Source of the DNA: Selaginella moellendorffii
Lineage: Eukaryota; Plantae; Lycopodiophyta
Assembly (NCBI RefSeq): GCF_000143415.4
Contig: NW_003314263.1
Location: 1,056,165 to 1,120,164, forward strand
Direction of reading: 5' to 3'
Length of the DNA: 64,000 nucleotides
This document shows, in pieces, positions 12,559-23,794 of the stretch (positions are counted from its first letter, which is position 1; each line of letters begins with the position of its first letter). The notes below the pieces were generated by a model. That model did no database searches. It was not told the origin of the DNA and was given only the letters and a program-made list of their open reading frames with translations. Both the position numbers and the translations under genes were made by a program.

Positions 12559-14798
12559 ATGCATCCAATGCCGGCCGCGATTGTGTCGCCTCTTCGCGTC
12601 TACGCGCACAATCCGGAGGCGCCGGTGTGTTCTTCGTCATCTGTGGTAGCGGCGGTGGTGAGCTATGGAAAGATTACGCACAATGCAGGGCTTCTGCGAT
12701 TTGGAATCCGATGCAAGAGGAGGAGGGGAGTTCTTGTGGCCATGGCCTCGGCGGCCGCGGCAGAGCCTTCTTCTCCGGAGGTAATCACGACTCCCAAGGG
12801 ATTGCAAGTCCAGGAGACGCAGAACGATGGTAATGCTCGGGTAAGCATTAGTTTCTCCAAGATTTCCAGATGGAATTTTTTTTGTTGTGTAGGTTCGCTT
12901 GAAAGTAAGAGTTCCGGGGAATCTCTGCAAAGAAATTTACGATGAAACCCTGCTGGATTTTAGCAAGAAAGTGAAGGTGAGTGTAATAGTGATACTCTAG
13001 AACCAGCATTTTCAGTAGAGTTTTGTTATGATTGTCAGGTGAAAGGTTTTCGTCCTGGAAAAGTTCCAGAGTGGGTTTTGCTCAGTCAAATTGGGCAGAA
13101 GCGTGTCGAGTCGGAGGCGGTGAAGTTGATCCTGGAGAAAACTCTCCCCGAAGCTATGGCTTCCGTGAGTAGCTTTGCCATTGCTTTTCTCCGTAGCTTA
13201 CGTGCTGTTTTAAGGTTGCTGGACGAGCACTGAAAGATTCAGAAGAGATTGTCACGAAATTCGATTCGTTGCTGGCAGCCTTCACGCCAACTTCTCCTCT
13301 AAGGTAATGTTTTTGGTCGTCGTTTCTCCTTTTGCTCTAGAACTCCACCTAAGCGGTTTAAGCGATAGTTATCATGTTGCAGTGGATGTTATACCGGATG
13401 TGGAGTGGACATCAAAGGACGCTTACAAACATATGGTGCTAGAAGTTGAAGGTCGCGACGATATTGGTGTTCAAAATGCTGCCGATGCTGAGCTTGCATC
13501 GCGACACAAGGATTTGGGATCCTTGAGAGTTGTAACTGGTCGAGGATTGGAGGTATATCTAGCTTTTTGTTTTCCTTATTCTGACTTGGCTCCTTGTGTA
13601 GATGAACGATGTTGTTATTATTGATATTTCGGCTGCTCGCATAAACAGTGATGGAACAATTGGCGACAAGATTCTATCATGCACACAGAAAGGTACGCGT
13701 TGCCCTGGTATACTCCGGTTGATTGAAAATACCTCTTCAGGATTTAGTTTGGACACGGAGGAGAGCACTTCTTATATACCAGGGCTTGTTCAAAACATGA
13801 TGGGCCAGAAAGGTGGCGAAACTCGCACTTTTGATCTTGTTTTTCCTCCAGACTGGAATCAGGAGCACCTTCGTAACATCAAAGCGCGATTCACTGTAAG
13901 TCTTGCTACTGCTTTAAGTGACATCCTCACTGCGGTTTTTGGTTAGGTGGAATGCAAAGAAGTCTTCCTGAGGGTAGTACCTGATCTAAATGACGAAATT
14001 GCGGAAAAGCTTGTTGAAGGATGCAAGACATTAGAGCAGGTAGGATGCAATTTCTTCGCTTGAGATTTCCTTGGTATCTCTTGTCAATCAGGTGAAGCAA
14101 GCATTGCTCAAAAAGCATCAGCTCATTGAGGAAAATAACAGAAAGAATGCAGCCAGGGGAGCAGTACTTGAAAAACTTTCCAAGGTCAAGTAACATCTTG
14201 ATCTTGCGCTTAATTCCATGTATCTATGTGCAGGTAGCAAAGATTCAAGTTCCAAAATCCTTACTAGAGGAGCAGGGCCGACAAATATATGCCGCCAAGC
14301 TTATGGAGTTGCACGTAAGATTGATCACTGTCCAAATATTCGACTTTGACATGCCAATCCAGATCAAACAACGGTTTGACAAGAAGCAAATGGAGCCGCT
14401 TACTAGCGAAGAAATGGTGAACAACTTTATTCGTGTCAAGCACGATGAGATATCGGCTACAGTGAGGCAATCCATCGCCGTGGCAGAGATTTTCAGGCTT
14501 GAAAAGCTTCAGGTTTGTTTCATCGGCACGTTCTTTTACTTTACTGAAGTGTTGTGCGTAACAGTACACGAGGGATGAGCTAGAAGCGGAGGTAAAGTCG
14601 GCTATTGACGAGTTCAAGATCTACAACCAAGAATACGACGAAAAGAAAGTGAGAGAACAGGTACGTTTCACGCCATCGCTCTCAATCAGTTTTAGACAAG
14701 AAAATCTTGTGTTCTAGGCGCAAGAGATGCTTGAGGGTGCCAAAGTCTTGGATTGGCTACTGGAGCAAGCGGACATCAGATACGTAACTACTAAGTAG
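12559..14798 (+). CDS. TIG: Plastid trigger factor-like chaperone (multi-exon)
   Basis: Transit-peptide-like start; ribosome-binding signature GFRPGKVP; FKBP-like segment (YIPGLVQNMMGQKGGETRTFDLVFP); C-terminal QVPKSLLEEQGRQIYAAKL and EMLEGAKVLDWL. Confidence 0.92.
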
Positions 14799-15068
14799 AT
14801 AGTGATTCGGACAAACGTTTTGGCTTGTAATCGCAGCTTTTTGGAAGGTTTCCATTTTGCTTAACAGTGTATAATCTATCTAACCGGAGGCGAATTTTTC
14901 TCAGCTGGCATTGATGAAACATAGAGGCAGCATGCAGCTCACACTATTTTTGTGGGTGGTGTGCACGGGACACGGCCCCTGGGATTGCGTGCCTGTGCTT
15001 GACAGACTACTCAGCAAAGTGGCGCAATAAATCCTCCGAGAGGAGGCGGCCGATGACGAGTCGGAGTC

Positions 15069-17064
15069 ATGCCCAGACCTTGCTTCCTCCTCGCCATCGC
15101 CTTGTTCTCTGCCGTCTCTACTTCTGCAACGACGAACAATGCGAGTATGTTTCGTTCTCCTCTTCTTTATTTTTATTTCTTTCGCGTGACTCGCTTTCCC
15201 TCTATTGTGACAGCTCGGGTGCGCTCCGTGAGCTTGGGAGGCTGGCTGGTGATTGAGAAATGGATCAAGCCGTCGCTGTTTGATGGAATCGTGGAGCCGG
15301 ACCTCTTAGTAATCTAGTTTTTGTTTCCTTGTCCTCTAGTTGTTTTGTGTTGCCTTGTCTTGTCTCGTCCAGGATGGAACTCTTGTTACATTCAAGTCAC
15401 TGGTTCTGGGGACTTATGTGACGGCTGCCAATGGAGGTGGCTCGGACGTCACTGCCAACGGCACCTCGGCGTCGGACTGGCAAACATTCAAGGTAAAGAT
15501 GGAACTCTCGGTGCTGCTGTCTGACAATACTCCTTTTCTTACAGCTATGGCGTGTTTCCAGTACATTGTTCCAGTTTCGGGTGTCCAATAACCAGTTTAT
15601 CTCAGCACCGGATTCGAGTGTCTCCGCCACCGTGGACTCTCCCGGACAGTCTGAAACGTTTGAGATTAGTCGAAACGGTGGCCTGGTGATGCTTCGAGCC
15701 CCCAATGGAATGTACCTCCAGGTAGTGAACTGCGATCGTATGAAAAGCTCAAGCTCAATGTGATCCATTCCACAGGCAAATGAGAGCTCTCGACTGACTG
15801 CCGATTACAATGGGACTCTGGGATGGAGCAGTGACAATCCAGCAGTCTTTAATATGACTGTCAATACTGTTCTTGGTGGAGAGTTCCAGCTCGCGAATGG
15901 GTACGACAAAGAAGACGCACAAACCGTGTTCAAGGTTTGTGAGTCGAGGCTTTGTGATTGGAGCTTCTGAAGTCTTGGTGTCTTAGAAACACCGAGAGAG
16001 CTTCATCACTCAAGACGACTTCAAGTTCTTGGCTGCAAACGCAATCAACAACGTTAGAATTCCGATTGGCTGGTGGATTGCATACGACCCAGAGCCTCCA
16101 TTCCCATTCGTTTCCGGCTCGCTCGAGGCACTGGACAACGCATTCACCTGGGCAGAGTACGTACGCGATCTCTAAATTGCTTAAGGTTGATACGTCTTTC
16201 GTCCAGGAACACCGGCATCAGCGTCCTAGTGGATCTCCACGCGGCCCCGGGATCTCAAAGCCAGTGGCAACACTGTGGAACTCGGGACGGCGTTTCAGAG
16301 TGGGCCAAAGCCAACACCAGCTACATCTCCGATACACTTTCAGTTATTGAATTTCTGACCTCCAGGTATGCATGCGAGTCCCTCGCTCTCTTCTTTCATT
16401 CACTTTTTGCCTTTCTCTCCGTGTTCTTCAACCTTTGTAGATACGCAAGCCATTCCGCATTTTTTGGCATCGAGCTTCTCAACGAGCCAACTCAGCAGCA
16501 CGTACCACTCGACGTCCTCCGCAATTACTACGTTGCGGGCTACAGCAGGGTCAGAAAATACAGCTCAAGCTGCTTCGTGATCATCTGCCAGCTGATCGGC
16601 GCAAACCCGAGCATACTGGTGGATTTCATGGCACCCAGCGACGGCTACACCAACGTCGCCTTGGACGTCCACTGGTACAACCTCTTCGAGAACAGATTCG
16701 TGAACACTACGGCGCAGTGGAACATCGACTATATCCTCAACCAGAGGAACTCCGATCTCCAAAAGCTCAACAACGCAAACGGGCCTCTCATACTCGTTGG
16801 TAAGCTCTTGGAGTTCGTCCGTCAGTGATTCATGGATCGATCGAAAACCATTGCCTTGCAGGGGAATGGACCAACGAGTGGGATGTGCAAGGAGCCACCA
16901 TGTCGGACTACCGAAACTTTGGAGCGGCACAGCTCAAAGTGTTTGGAAACGCATCGCTAGGGTGGTCTTACTGGGGACTCAAGAGCAAGGATCTGCACTG
17001 GGACTTCGAAAGAACCGTGGAAAAGGGACTGCTCACACGCCAGAGCAACGGACAGTGGCCTTGA
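15069..17064 (+). CDS. Secreted glycoside hydrolase family 5 (glucan 1,3-beta-glucosidase-like) with fascin-like insert (multi-exon)
   Basis: Signal peptide; VSLGGWLVIEKWIKPSLF, VRIPIGWW, DLHAAPGSQ, IELLNEP (acid/base Glu), GEWTNEW (nucleophile), GWSYW. Confidence 0.92.
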
Positions 17065-17135
17065 AAAAGAACAAACAGGGCCAGTGACAACTCTCAAGAA
17101 CAAAAATTCCAGGGAAAACAAACGATTTTTTTCTC

Positions 17136-17472
17136 GAAGCAAGGACTATAGTTTATAGGCAAAATTATTCTTATATCACAGAGGTATGATCTTTACTCTG
17201 TTCTTGCGCTTCTACTCACTTTGATGAAGCAAGTAGTTTGTAGACAAAAGTCTTCTTATATCACAGAGGTACGATCTTTTACTTTGTTCACTCACTTTGA
17301 TGAAGCAAGGACTATAGTTTGTAGACAAAAGTTTTCTTATATCACAGAGGTATGATCTCTTCTTTGTTCACTCACTTTGATGAAGCAAGGACTATAGTTT
17401 GTAGACAAAAGTTTTCTTATATCACAGAGGTATGATCTTTACTTTGTTCTTGCGCATCTACTCACTTTGATG
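17136..17472. repeat. Minisatellite, ~4 units of ~75-90 bp between two convergent 3' ends
   Basis: Unit gaagcaaggactatagtttgtagacaaaagttttcttatatcacagaggtatgatc...ctcactttgat repeated four times with small indels. Confidence 0.9.
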
Positions 17473-17995
17473 GCTGGCTGACCAATCCCCTGACCACCGA
17501 CGAAGCAATCGCGAGTGCCAGTAGCTCCGCCGCCACCACCGCCCCCGCCTGGACTGGCGGAGCGAAAATCGAGGAGGAATCCATGCTCGAGGCCGAGGCC
17601 GCGAGCGCCGCCTTGGCTTCCTCGGCCACCACCTTGGCTTCGCCGGCCACCACTTTGGCCTCGTTAGCCACCACCGCGGAGCTCTCCTTGACAATCTCTT
17701 TCACCTCCTTCTCCACTACCTGGACTTCCTCCTGGATGGCCTCCTTGACGGTCTTCCGGATTCCAAACAGGGGGATGTCTCTCGCCACCGCCGTCTCCGC
17801 GCGGAGGAAGGAGCCACCGGCTAGGATCGAGAGCGCCGTCGCGAGCCCAAATCCTCGGCGAGAGGATTTGGCTGGTGGAATTGCAGCGCTGCATCTGGAT
17901 TGAGCTGCATTGCTTGGCCTACCTCGCCGTGACGATTGGATGTGAGGGGGATTCGCGGTGGACGAAGCAGCCGCGGCGCATGCCAAGCACGCCAT
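17462..17995 (-). CDS. Thylakoid protein similar to the Arabidopsis protein annotated as a homolog of Synechocystis YCF37 (177 aa, intronless)
   Basis: Transit peptide, twin-Arg SRRG + hydrophobic stretch + AVA cleavage site, then DIPLFGIRK, a Glu/Lys/Ala coiled region and QAGAVVAAE...ASSVV TM; start set at MACLAC within ORF 17462-18445. Confidence 0.75.
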   Translation of the reverse strand: MACLACAAAASSTANPPHIQSSRRGRPSNAAQSRCSAAIPPAKSSRRGFGLATALSILAGGSFLRAETAVARDIPLFGIRKTVKEAIQEEVQVVEKEVKEIVKESSAVVANEAKVVAGEAKVVAEEAKAALAASASSMDSSSIFAPPVQAGAVVAAELLALAIASSVVRGLVSQPSK

Positions 17996-18055
17996 AGCCA
18001 CGAGAAAGCTTTTTCTTTTCTTCTGGCGGGATGCCAAGCAAGCAAAATCCGGAAT

Positions 18056-19672
18056 ATGCCCTTCCGGATAAGAATATCCTCGCAGCGGGAGTTCTTGTTT
18101 AAATTCCACGCGAGGAGCGGGCGGATCGGCGAGGCGGAGGAGGCTTTCGATCGAGTGCCGCAGCGCAATGTTGCCGTGTGGAACATGATGATCCACGCGT
18201 GTGCTCAAAGAGATCAGCTTTTGGAGGGATCTTGGGAGGTTTTCCACCGGATGCCTCAACATGACACTGTGTCGTGGAACACGATGATCGCGGCTTTGTC
18301 CAAGGCTGGAAATGCGAGGGATGCCATCGCCCTCTTTGAGGGGATGTTTCAGCGCAGCGATTTGTCCTGGAATCTCGTCATCCAGACGTTTGCCTCCACT
18401 GGGAATTTGCCCAGTGCCAAGCTTGCGTTTGATTTGATGCCACAATGGTCAGTTGTGTCGTGGAACACTATTTTTCTTCTCTTGTCTTCTTCTTCTCAAT
18501 CAGATAGGTTCTACGAATGTTTCTCTTCTATGCCGGAAAGAAACTCTATTACATGGAACACTCTACTAACAACGTATGCCAACATCGGGCATTTTGATAT
18601 ATGCATACAAGTCTTTAACAAGATGCCGCTTTGGTCCTTGGGTGCTTCGACTGCAATGATCAAGTTGTATGGAGAATCATGTTTGTTGGAAAGAGCAAAG
18701 TTACTGTTTGAAAGAATCCCCGAGAAAGATATACCCTGCTGGACTGCAATCTTACAAGCATATGCCCTTCATGGGCATACCGACGCAGTAGAATCTCTGT
18801 TTCTTTTGATGCCGACCAAGGACGTCGTGGCCTGGGCTTGTCTAGTATCATCCTACGCACGCACACAAAACGTAGAGATCGCGTCTAAAATCTACCAAAA
18901 AACGCCGGCTTGGAACATCAGCTCTACCAATGCAGTTCTTTCAGTAAATGCCATGTCCGGGCATTTGGAGTATGCTAGATCTTTGTACGAGACAATGCCG
19001 CACAAGAGCGCGGCGTCTTGGGCGACGATGATCGAAGGCTACTTCCTCGCTAAAGACTTCCACCAAGCTTGGCATTTGATCTCTTTGCTTCCAGCAAAGA
19101 ACCTCTGCCTGGAGACCGTGATAATCTCCGGACACGCCAAGCAAGGCCACCTCCACGAATCCAAGCTCGTCTTCGATTCCATCCCCGAGAAGAACGTCCT
19201 CTCCTGGAACGCTGTCATCGCCGCCTTCTCCCACAGGGGAGCCCTGCTAGAGGCCATGAACTTCTTCCAAGAGATGCTCCTTGAGGGAGTCGCTCCAATC
19301 GAGACCACCTTCACTGCCCTGCTCCACGGTTGCAGCCACGAAGGACGAATCGGCCAAGGCCAGGAGATCTTCTCTGCGATGATCCGAGCTCACGGCATCA
19401 CCCCCCTCGTTGATCACTACAACTGCATGGTCGATGTTCTTGGGCGCTTGAAAAGACTCGAGGAAGCCGAGGAGCTCGTCCGCTCTATGCCGGTTCCTCC
19501 GAGCTCGGTCACCTGGACCACGCTTCTCAGCGCTTGCCGGCACCACGGAGATGCCGAAAGAGGCAGCCGAGTCGCGGAGATACTGCTCCAGCTGAGCTCT
19601 CGGAGGCCGGCAACGTATTCCTTGCTCTCCAATGTCCTAAGCTGTGATAGCTCTCCGGTTGATCACCAGTAG
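18056..19672 (+). CDS. PLS-class PPR protein with partial E domain
   Basis: Tandem 31-aa S-type repeats (F.RMP..D.VSWN), LHGCSHEG, DHYNCMVDVLGR, TWTTLLSACRHHGD; first in-frame ATG at 18056. Confidence 0.88.
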   Translation: MPFRIRISSQREFLFKFHARSGRIGEAEEAFDRVPQRNVAVWNMMIHACAQRDQLLEGSWEVFHRMPQHDTVSWNTMIAALSKAGNARDAIALFEGMFQRSDLSWNLVIQTFASTGNLPSAKLAFDLMPQWSVVSWNTIFLLLSSSSQSDRFYECFSSMPERNSITWNTLLTTYANIGHFDICIQVFNKMPLWSLGASTAMIKLYGESCLLERAKLLFERIPEKDIPCWTAILQAYALHGHTDAVESLFLLMPTKDVVAWACLVSSYARTQNVEIASKIYQKTPAWNISSTNAVLSVNAMSGHLEYARSLYETMPHKSAASWATMIEGYFLAKDFHQAWHLISLLPAKNLCLETVIISGHAKQGHLHESKLVFDSIPEKNVLSWNAVIAAFSHRGALLEAMNFFQEMLLEGVAPIETTFTALLHGCSHEGRIGQGQEIFSAMIRAHGITPLVDHYNCMVDVLGRLKRLEEAEELVRSMPVPPSSVTWTTLLSACRHHGDAERGSRVAEILLQLSSRRPATYSLLSNVLSCDSSPVDHQ

Positions 19673-21921
19673 TCTCCGCAAGAACACGCTCCATTCTGGA
19701 ACCTATGAAACCTGTTGCAGTCCCTCACCACGATCTCCCGGTTGACAAGCTTGGAGATGAACTTCGAGGCAGTGTGGCAGTCGTTGCACACTCGCAGGTT
19801 TTTCACCACGCGAATCGGTGAGCCTTCAGGGGTGGTGAGGAGAGCAAACGCCATCGCCAGCTTCTCGCTGTGATACCCGACCATGGTCTCTTTCACCTCC
19901 TGTTTCACGTCGTGGAGGACCATCTCGGTGTCGGGGACGTAACCGGCCGCTTTCATCAGCTTTGTCAGTCGCTGGAGCTCGGCGTGTATCTCGCCTATCC
20001 GAGGATGATCCAAGTCCCCCGAGATAAACTCGTGCACCCGGTCTTTCACTTCGATCCAGCTCCTCCCTGCTTCTTTCACGGTCATGAAGAGCTGCATTGC
20101 TTGCCTCATCCTTGCAACGTCGGACCATCTTCCAGCCTTCGCGTACATGTTGGAGAGAAGCACGTACGGAGCTCGTTTCCTTGGATCCAGCTGAAACAAG
20201 TTCTCGGCAGCCCAGATTGCTCCGTCCATATTCCGGTAAGTTCTGCAAGCTCCCAAGAACGCCATCCATGCCACGGGATGTGGCTCAAACGGCATATGGA
20301 GCAGCAGATCCTCCGAGTCTACGATCCAGCCTGCTCGACCGAGAAGATCCACCATGCAGCCAAAGTGCTCGGCTTCGGGAAAAATCCCGTGGTCGCCAAT
20401 GAAGGAAACGAAGTGCTTCCTGCCTTGATCTAGCATTCCGGCGTGGCTGCAAGCGAAGAGCACGCTCGTGAAAGTGATGATTGTCGGCTGGAGGCCCTCT
20501 AGCCGCATTCTCTCAAACAGCTCCAGTGCCTTCTCGGTTTGCCCGTGCTGGGCATTCGTCGCGATGAGCGAGTTCCACAGCACGAGATCCAAGTGAGCGA
20601 TCTTGTCAAACATGTTCCCCGCTAGAGCCAAGTTCCCACACTTGCTATACATGTTGACGAGCGCAGTAAGAACGTAAACATCCGATTCCAATCCGCCTCC
20701 CAGCACATGTATCCTCTCGTGAATCCTTCTTCCTTGCTTTAGAGCCGCGATCGCAGCACAAGCATCCAGGACGCTCACAAACGTCGTAGAATTTGGTGCC
20801 AGCCCCTCCAAGTCCATCCTGTGAAGCACCCGGATCGCGTCCCTGTTACGATCGTTGCGGGCATACGCTGCCGAGATAGCAGACCACGCCACCACATTCT
20901 TCTCAACAATCTGTCCAAACGCCTCCGCAGCAGCCTCGATCCTGCCACACTTCCCATACAAATTCACCAGCGCAGTCCCGACCACCACTCCGGATTGGAT
21001 CCCTTGTGCTTCTACTCGCTGATGCATCAAAGCGCCACTCCTCAAATCGCCCAACGACGCACAGGCATCCAGCCCGCTCACCAGCGTCACTTTGTTTGGA
21101 GCCACTCCATCGAGATCCATCTGGCGAAACAAACCCAGTGCCTCTCTAGGATGCCCATTCCGGGCATATGCCGCGACCATGGCGCTCCAAGCCACCACGT
21201 CCCTGTGGCTCATCCTCAAGAACACGCTGGCCGCATCCGTACAGTGGCCAAGCTTGCCGTACAGGCTCACCAGCGCCGTCTGGACGATCGACTCCTCCTC
21301 GATGCCAGTGCCTAGGATCGCGAGCTGGATGGAGCGACCGATCGTAATCTCGCGGGCGTCCGTGCACGCCGAGAGGAAGATGCTGATCCCTACCTCGCCG
21401 GGATTGATCCCCTGGAGCAGCATCCCGCGGAAGAAGAGCCAGCAGCGATCGAAATCCCGATTCTCGGCGAACGCCGCGAGCATCATCGTCCAGCTAAAGA
21501 CGTTCTTGCTCTGGATGCCGTGGAACACCGCCAGCGCGTCGTCGAATCGATCGCACTTGGTGTAGAGATCGATGAGGAGATTGCACAGGAACCTGTTGCG
21601 GATCCAGCCGAGCTCCTCCATCTGGCGGTGGAGGCGCCGGCCGAGCTCCAGCGAGCGCGACCACGTACAGCGCCGGAGCAGCGCCTTGAAATCCTGCGAT
21701 TGGGGAGAGAAGCGCTGCGATTCGAGCGATGCGATGGCGGATTCCAGCGGCATCGCGTCCAGATCGAGGTCTCCATCGTCGCATTCTTGCGCGGCGCTGC
21801 CCCAAAATCTCTTCCAGACCTTCTTTGTAAATAGCAGCGATGGTTTCTTTTTTACTAAAGGCAAATGCCTCATGGATTTTTCTCTAGGGTTAGGGGTTGG
21901 CCATAGCTCTTCTTGCTCCAT
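19663..21921 (-). CDS. PLS-E-DYW PPR protein, putative organellar C-to-U RNA editing factor
   Basis: PLS repeats, AGRSWIEV box, HSEKLA...CNDCH zinc-binding deaminase motif, terminal CSCGDYW. Confidence 0.96.
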   Translation of the reverse strand: MEQEELWPTPNPREKSMRHLPLVKKKPSLLFTKKVWKRFWGSAAQECDDGDLDLDAMPLESAIASLESQRFSPQSQDFKALLRRCTWSRSLELGRRLHRQMEELGWIRNRFLCNLLIDLYTKCDRFDDALAVFHGIQSKNVFSWTMMLAAFAENRDFDRCWLFFRGMLLQGINPGEVGISIFLSACTDAREITIGRSIQLAILGTGIEEESIVQTALVSLYGKLGHCTDAASVFLRMSHRDVVAWSAMVAAYARNGHPREALGLFRQMDLDGVAPNKVTLVSGLDACASLGDLRSGALMHQRVEAQGIQSGVVVGTALVNLYGKCGRIEAAAEAFGQIVEKNVVAWSAISAAYARNDRNRDAIRVLHRMDLEGLAPNSTTFVSVLDACAAIAALKQGRRIHERIHVLGGGLESDVYVLTALVNMYSKCGNLALAGNMFDKIAHLDLVLWNSLIATNAQHGQTEKALELFERMRLEGLQPTIITFTSVLFACSHAGMLDQGRKHFVSFIGDHGIFPEAEHFGCMVDLLGRAGWIVDSEDLLLHMPFEPHPVAWMAFLGACRTYRNMDGAIWAAENLFQLDPRKRAPYVLLSNMYAKAGRWSDVARMRQAMQLFMTVKEAGRSWIEVKDRVHEFISGDLDHPRIGEIHAELQRLTKLMKAAGYVPDTEMVLHDVKQEVKETMVGYHSEKLAMAFALLTTPEGSPIRVVKNLRVCNDCHTASKFISKLVNREIVVRDCNRFHRFQNGACSCGDYW

Positions 21922-21996
21922 CCAGGTGAGGCGCTCTCTCTTCTCAGCTAGGAAATTCCACTACAAGGATGCTCTAGCGAGATTCTTGCGACAAGG

Positions 21997-23709
21997 ATGA
22001 TGGATCAGCTCTTCCCTCTCATGGACGACGAGATGGAGACCGTGTCGCTGGAAGCAGCGTCCACGGCGACACCGCTCCTCCGCGAATCGAGCTCGCAGGA
22101 ATCGCCAGAGAATGGGGCGATGACACGCCGGAAAGAATCGTCCAGGAGCTTTCGGAGTCCATCCGGGAGGCCCGAGCTCCTGATCGAGCCTCCGAGCTAC
22201 GCCGATGTGGTGTTCGCTCCATACGCCGCCAGGCAGCCGGAGGAATCCGGGAGGGCAGTGGAGAAGAACTATCTCCGGATTAGCGTCTCGGATCCACAGA
22301 AGACGCAGGATCACGGCAGCAGTGGCGGGACTTTCGTGGCGTATCTCTTCACGACCTACACCGATCTTCCGGAGTTTCTTGGCACGAGCTTTAGCGTCCG
22401 GAGGAGGTTCCGCGAGGTGGTGGCGCTGGCGGACCAGCTGGGAGAGATCTACAAAGGCTACTTCATCCCTCCCAGGCCGGACAAGAACGTCCAGCTCGTC
22501 CAGACGCAGGACTTTGTGAGCAATCGCGTCCACGAGCTCGAGAGATACTTCCATCGTCTCGCGGCGCATCCAGTGCTGAGGAACAGCGTGGAGTTGCGGC
22601 AGTTCCTCTCGTCTCCAGGGAGGAATCCAATGCAAGTCTCCTCGGATGTTTCGTCGGTGATGTTTGATGGTGATGAGAGTGGTGCTACTGGGAATGGGAA
22701 CAGTCACGCGGTGGCGGAGCCTGGTAAAGGTGGCAGGGATCTCTTGAGAACTTTCAGGGAGCTGCGGCAGTATGTGGCCAACGATTGGGGTGGCAGCAAG
22801 CCGCTGGTGGTAGAGGAGGATAAGAAGTTTGTGGAACACAAGGAGAAGATCCAGGAGTTTGAGCGCGAGCTTGTTCTAGCTTCCGAGCAAGTAAGTTCTT
22901 CATGGTTCTTTTGTCTGGAAAATCTCGATTGTGGCGTTCTTTCCAGGCAGAGCTGCTTACGAAGGCTCAAGAGAATATGGGAACCGTCATGGGTGACCTT
23001 GGGATGTCCTTGAGTAGACTTGGCCGGTTCGAGTGCGAGGATGCGGCCATTGTTGTTGGCAATGCCGCTGTGAAAGCGAGCAGGTGCTACACAGAATCCA
23101 GCACGCAGTGCATTAAGTATTTGGTAAGTACCTCTCGGTTTCGGTGCTCGAAAGTTTTAAACTTTCTCGTTCCAGCTTACCTTTCACGAATACCTTGCCT
23201 TGATGCAAGCTATTCACGGTGCTTTCGCTGAGCGATCGAAAGCACTACTGACGGTCCAAACTCTTAAATCCGACATAGCGTCAATGCAAGCTCGGTATGA
23301 GAAGTTAACAGCGGCGTCTTTGAGAGTTTTTGGTGGCGACAAACGTAAGATAGAGGAGACAAAAGCGGCCATTGCAAGCTCGGAAGAAGCTTGCGCATCC
23401 GCTCGAAAGGAGTACGATCGCATCAAAGTAAGAAAAAAACGCATTTTTACAGTTCATACAGCTAACTCTTGTTCGCAGGAACGGAACTGGGAGGAGATTG
23501 AGCGATACGAAGTTAATCGACAGACAGATCTATTCGAGATGTTGAAAGGATTTGTACAGACGCAGGTAAGAAACGGAGCCTATTCTTCAATGCTTTTCGA
23601 GATCTGACACTCTTCCATGAAGGTGGGTTACGCGGAAAAACTCGGTAAAGCGTGGAGTGAAGTGTCGGAAAGCTTAAGCTCTGGGGAGGGCATGGCTAGT
23701 TCTATGTAA
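21997..23709 (+). CDS. SNX2: Sorting nexin 2-like (PX + Vps5/BAR domains, multi-exon)
   Basis: ISVSDPQK, FSVRRRFREVVALAD, GYFIPPRPDK, LAAHPVLRNSVELRQFL, NDWGGSKPLVVEEDKKF; last exon VGYAEKLGKAWSEV...SSM*. Confidence 0.9.
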
Positions 23710-23794
23710 GTTATGAATTCTTGCAAGCACGTTTCTTTGTACAGGCAAGAGCTTGCTCTCTTGGCTCTCTTGAAGAATAACACAAATCTCGGCA

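Noticed and set aside
17136-17472. Possible CRISPR array
   Set aside because: Whole units repeat with no unique spacers; eukaryotic context with no cas genes
17996-18445. N-terminal 150-aa extension of the minus-strand ORF 17462-18445
   Set aside because: Antisense shadow of the PPR; a proper transit peptide starts at 17995
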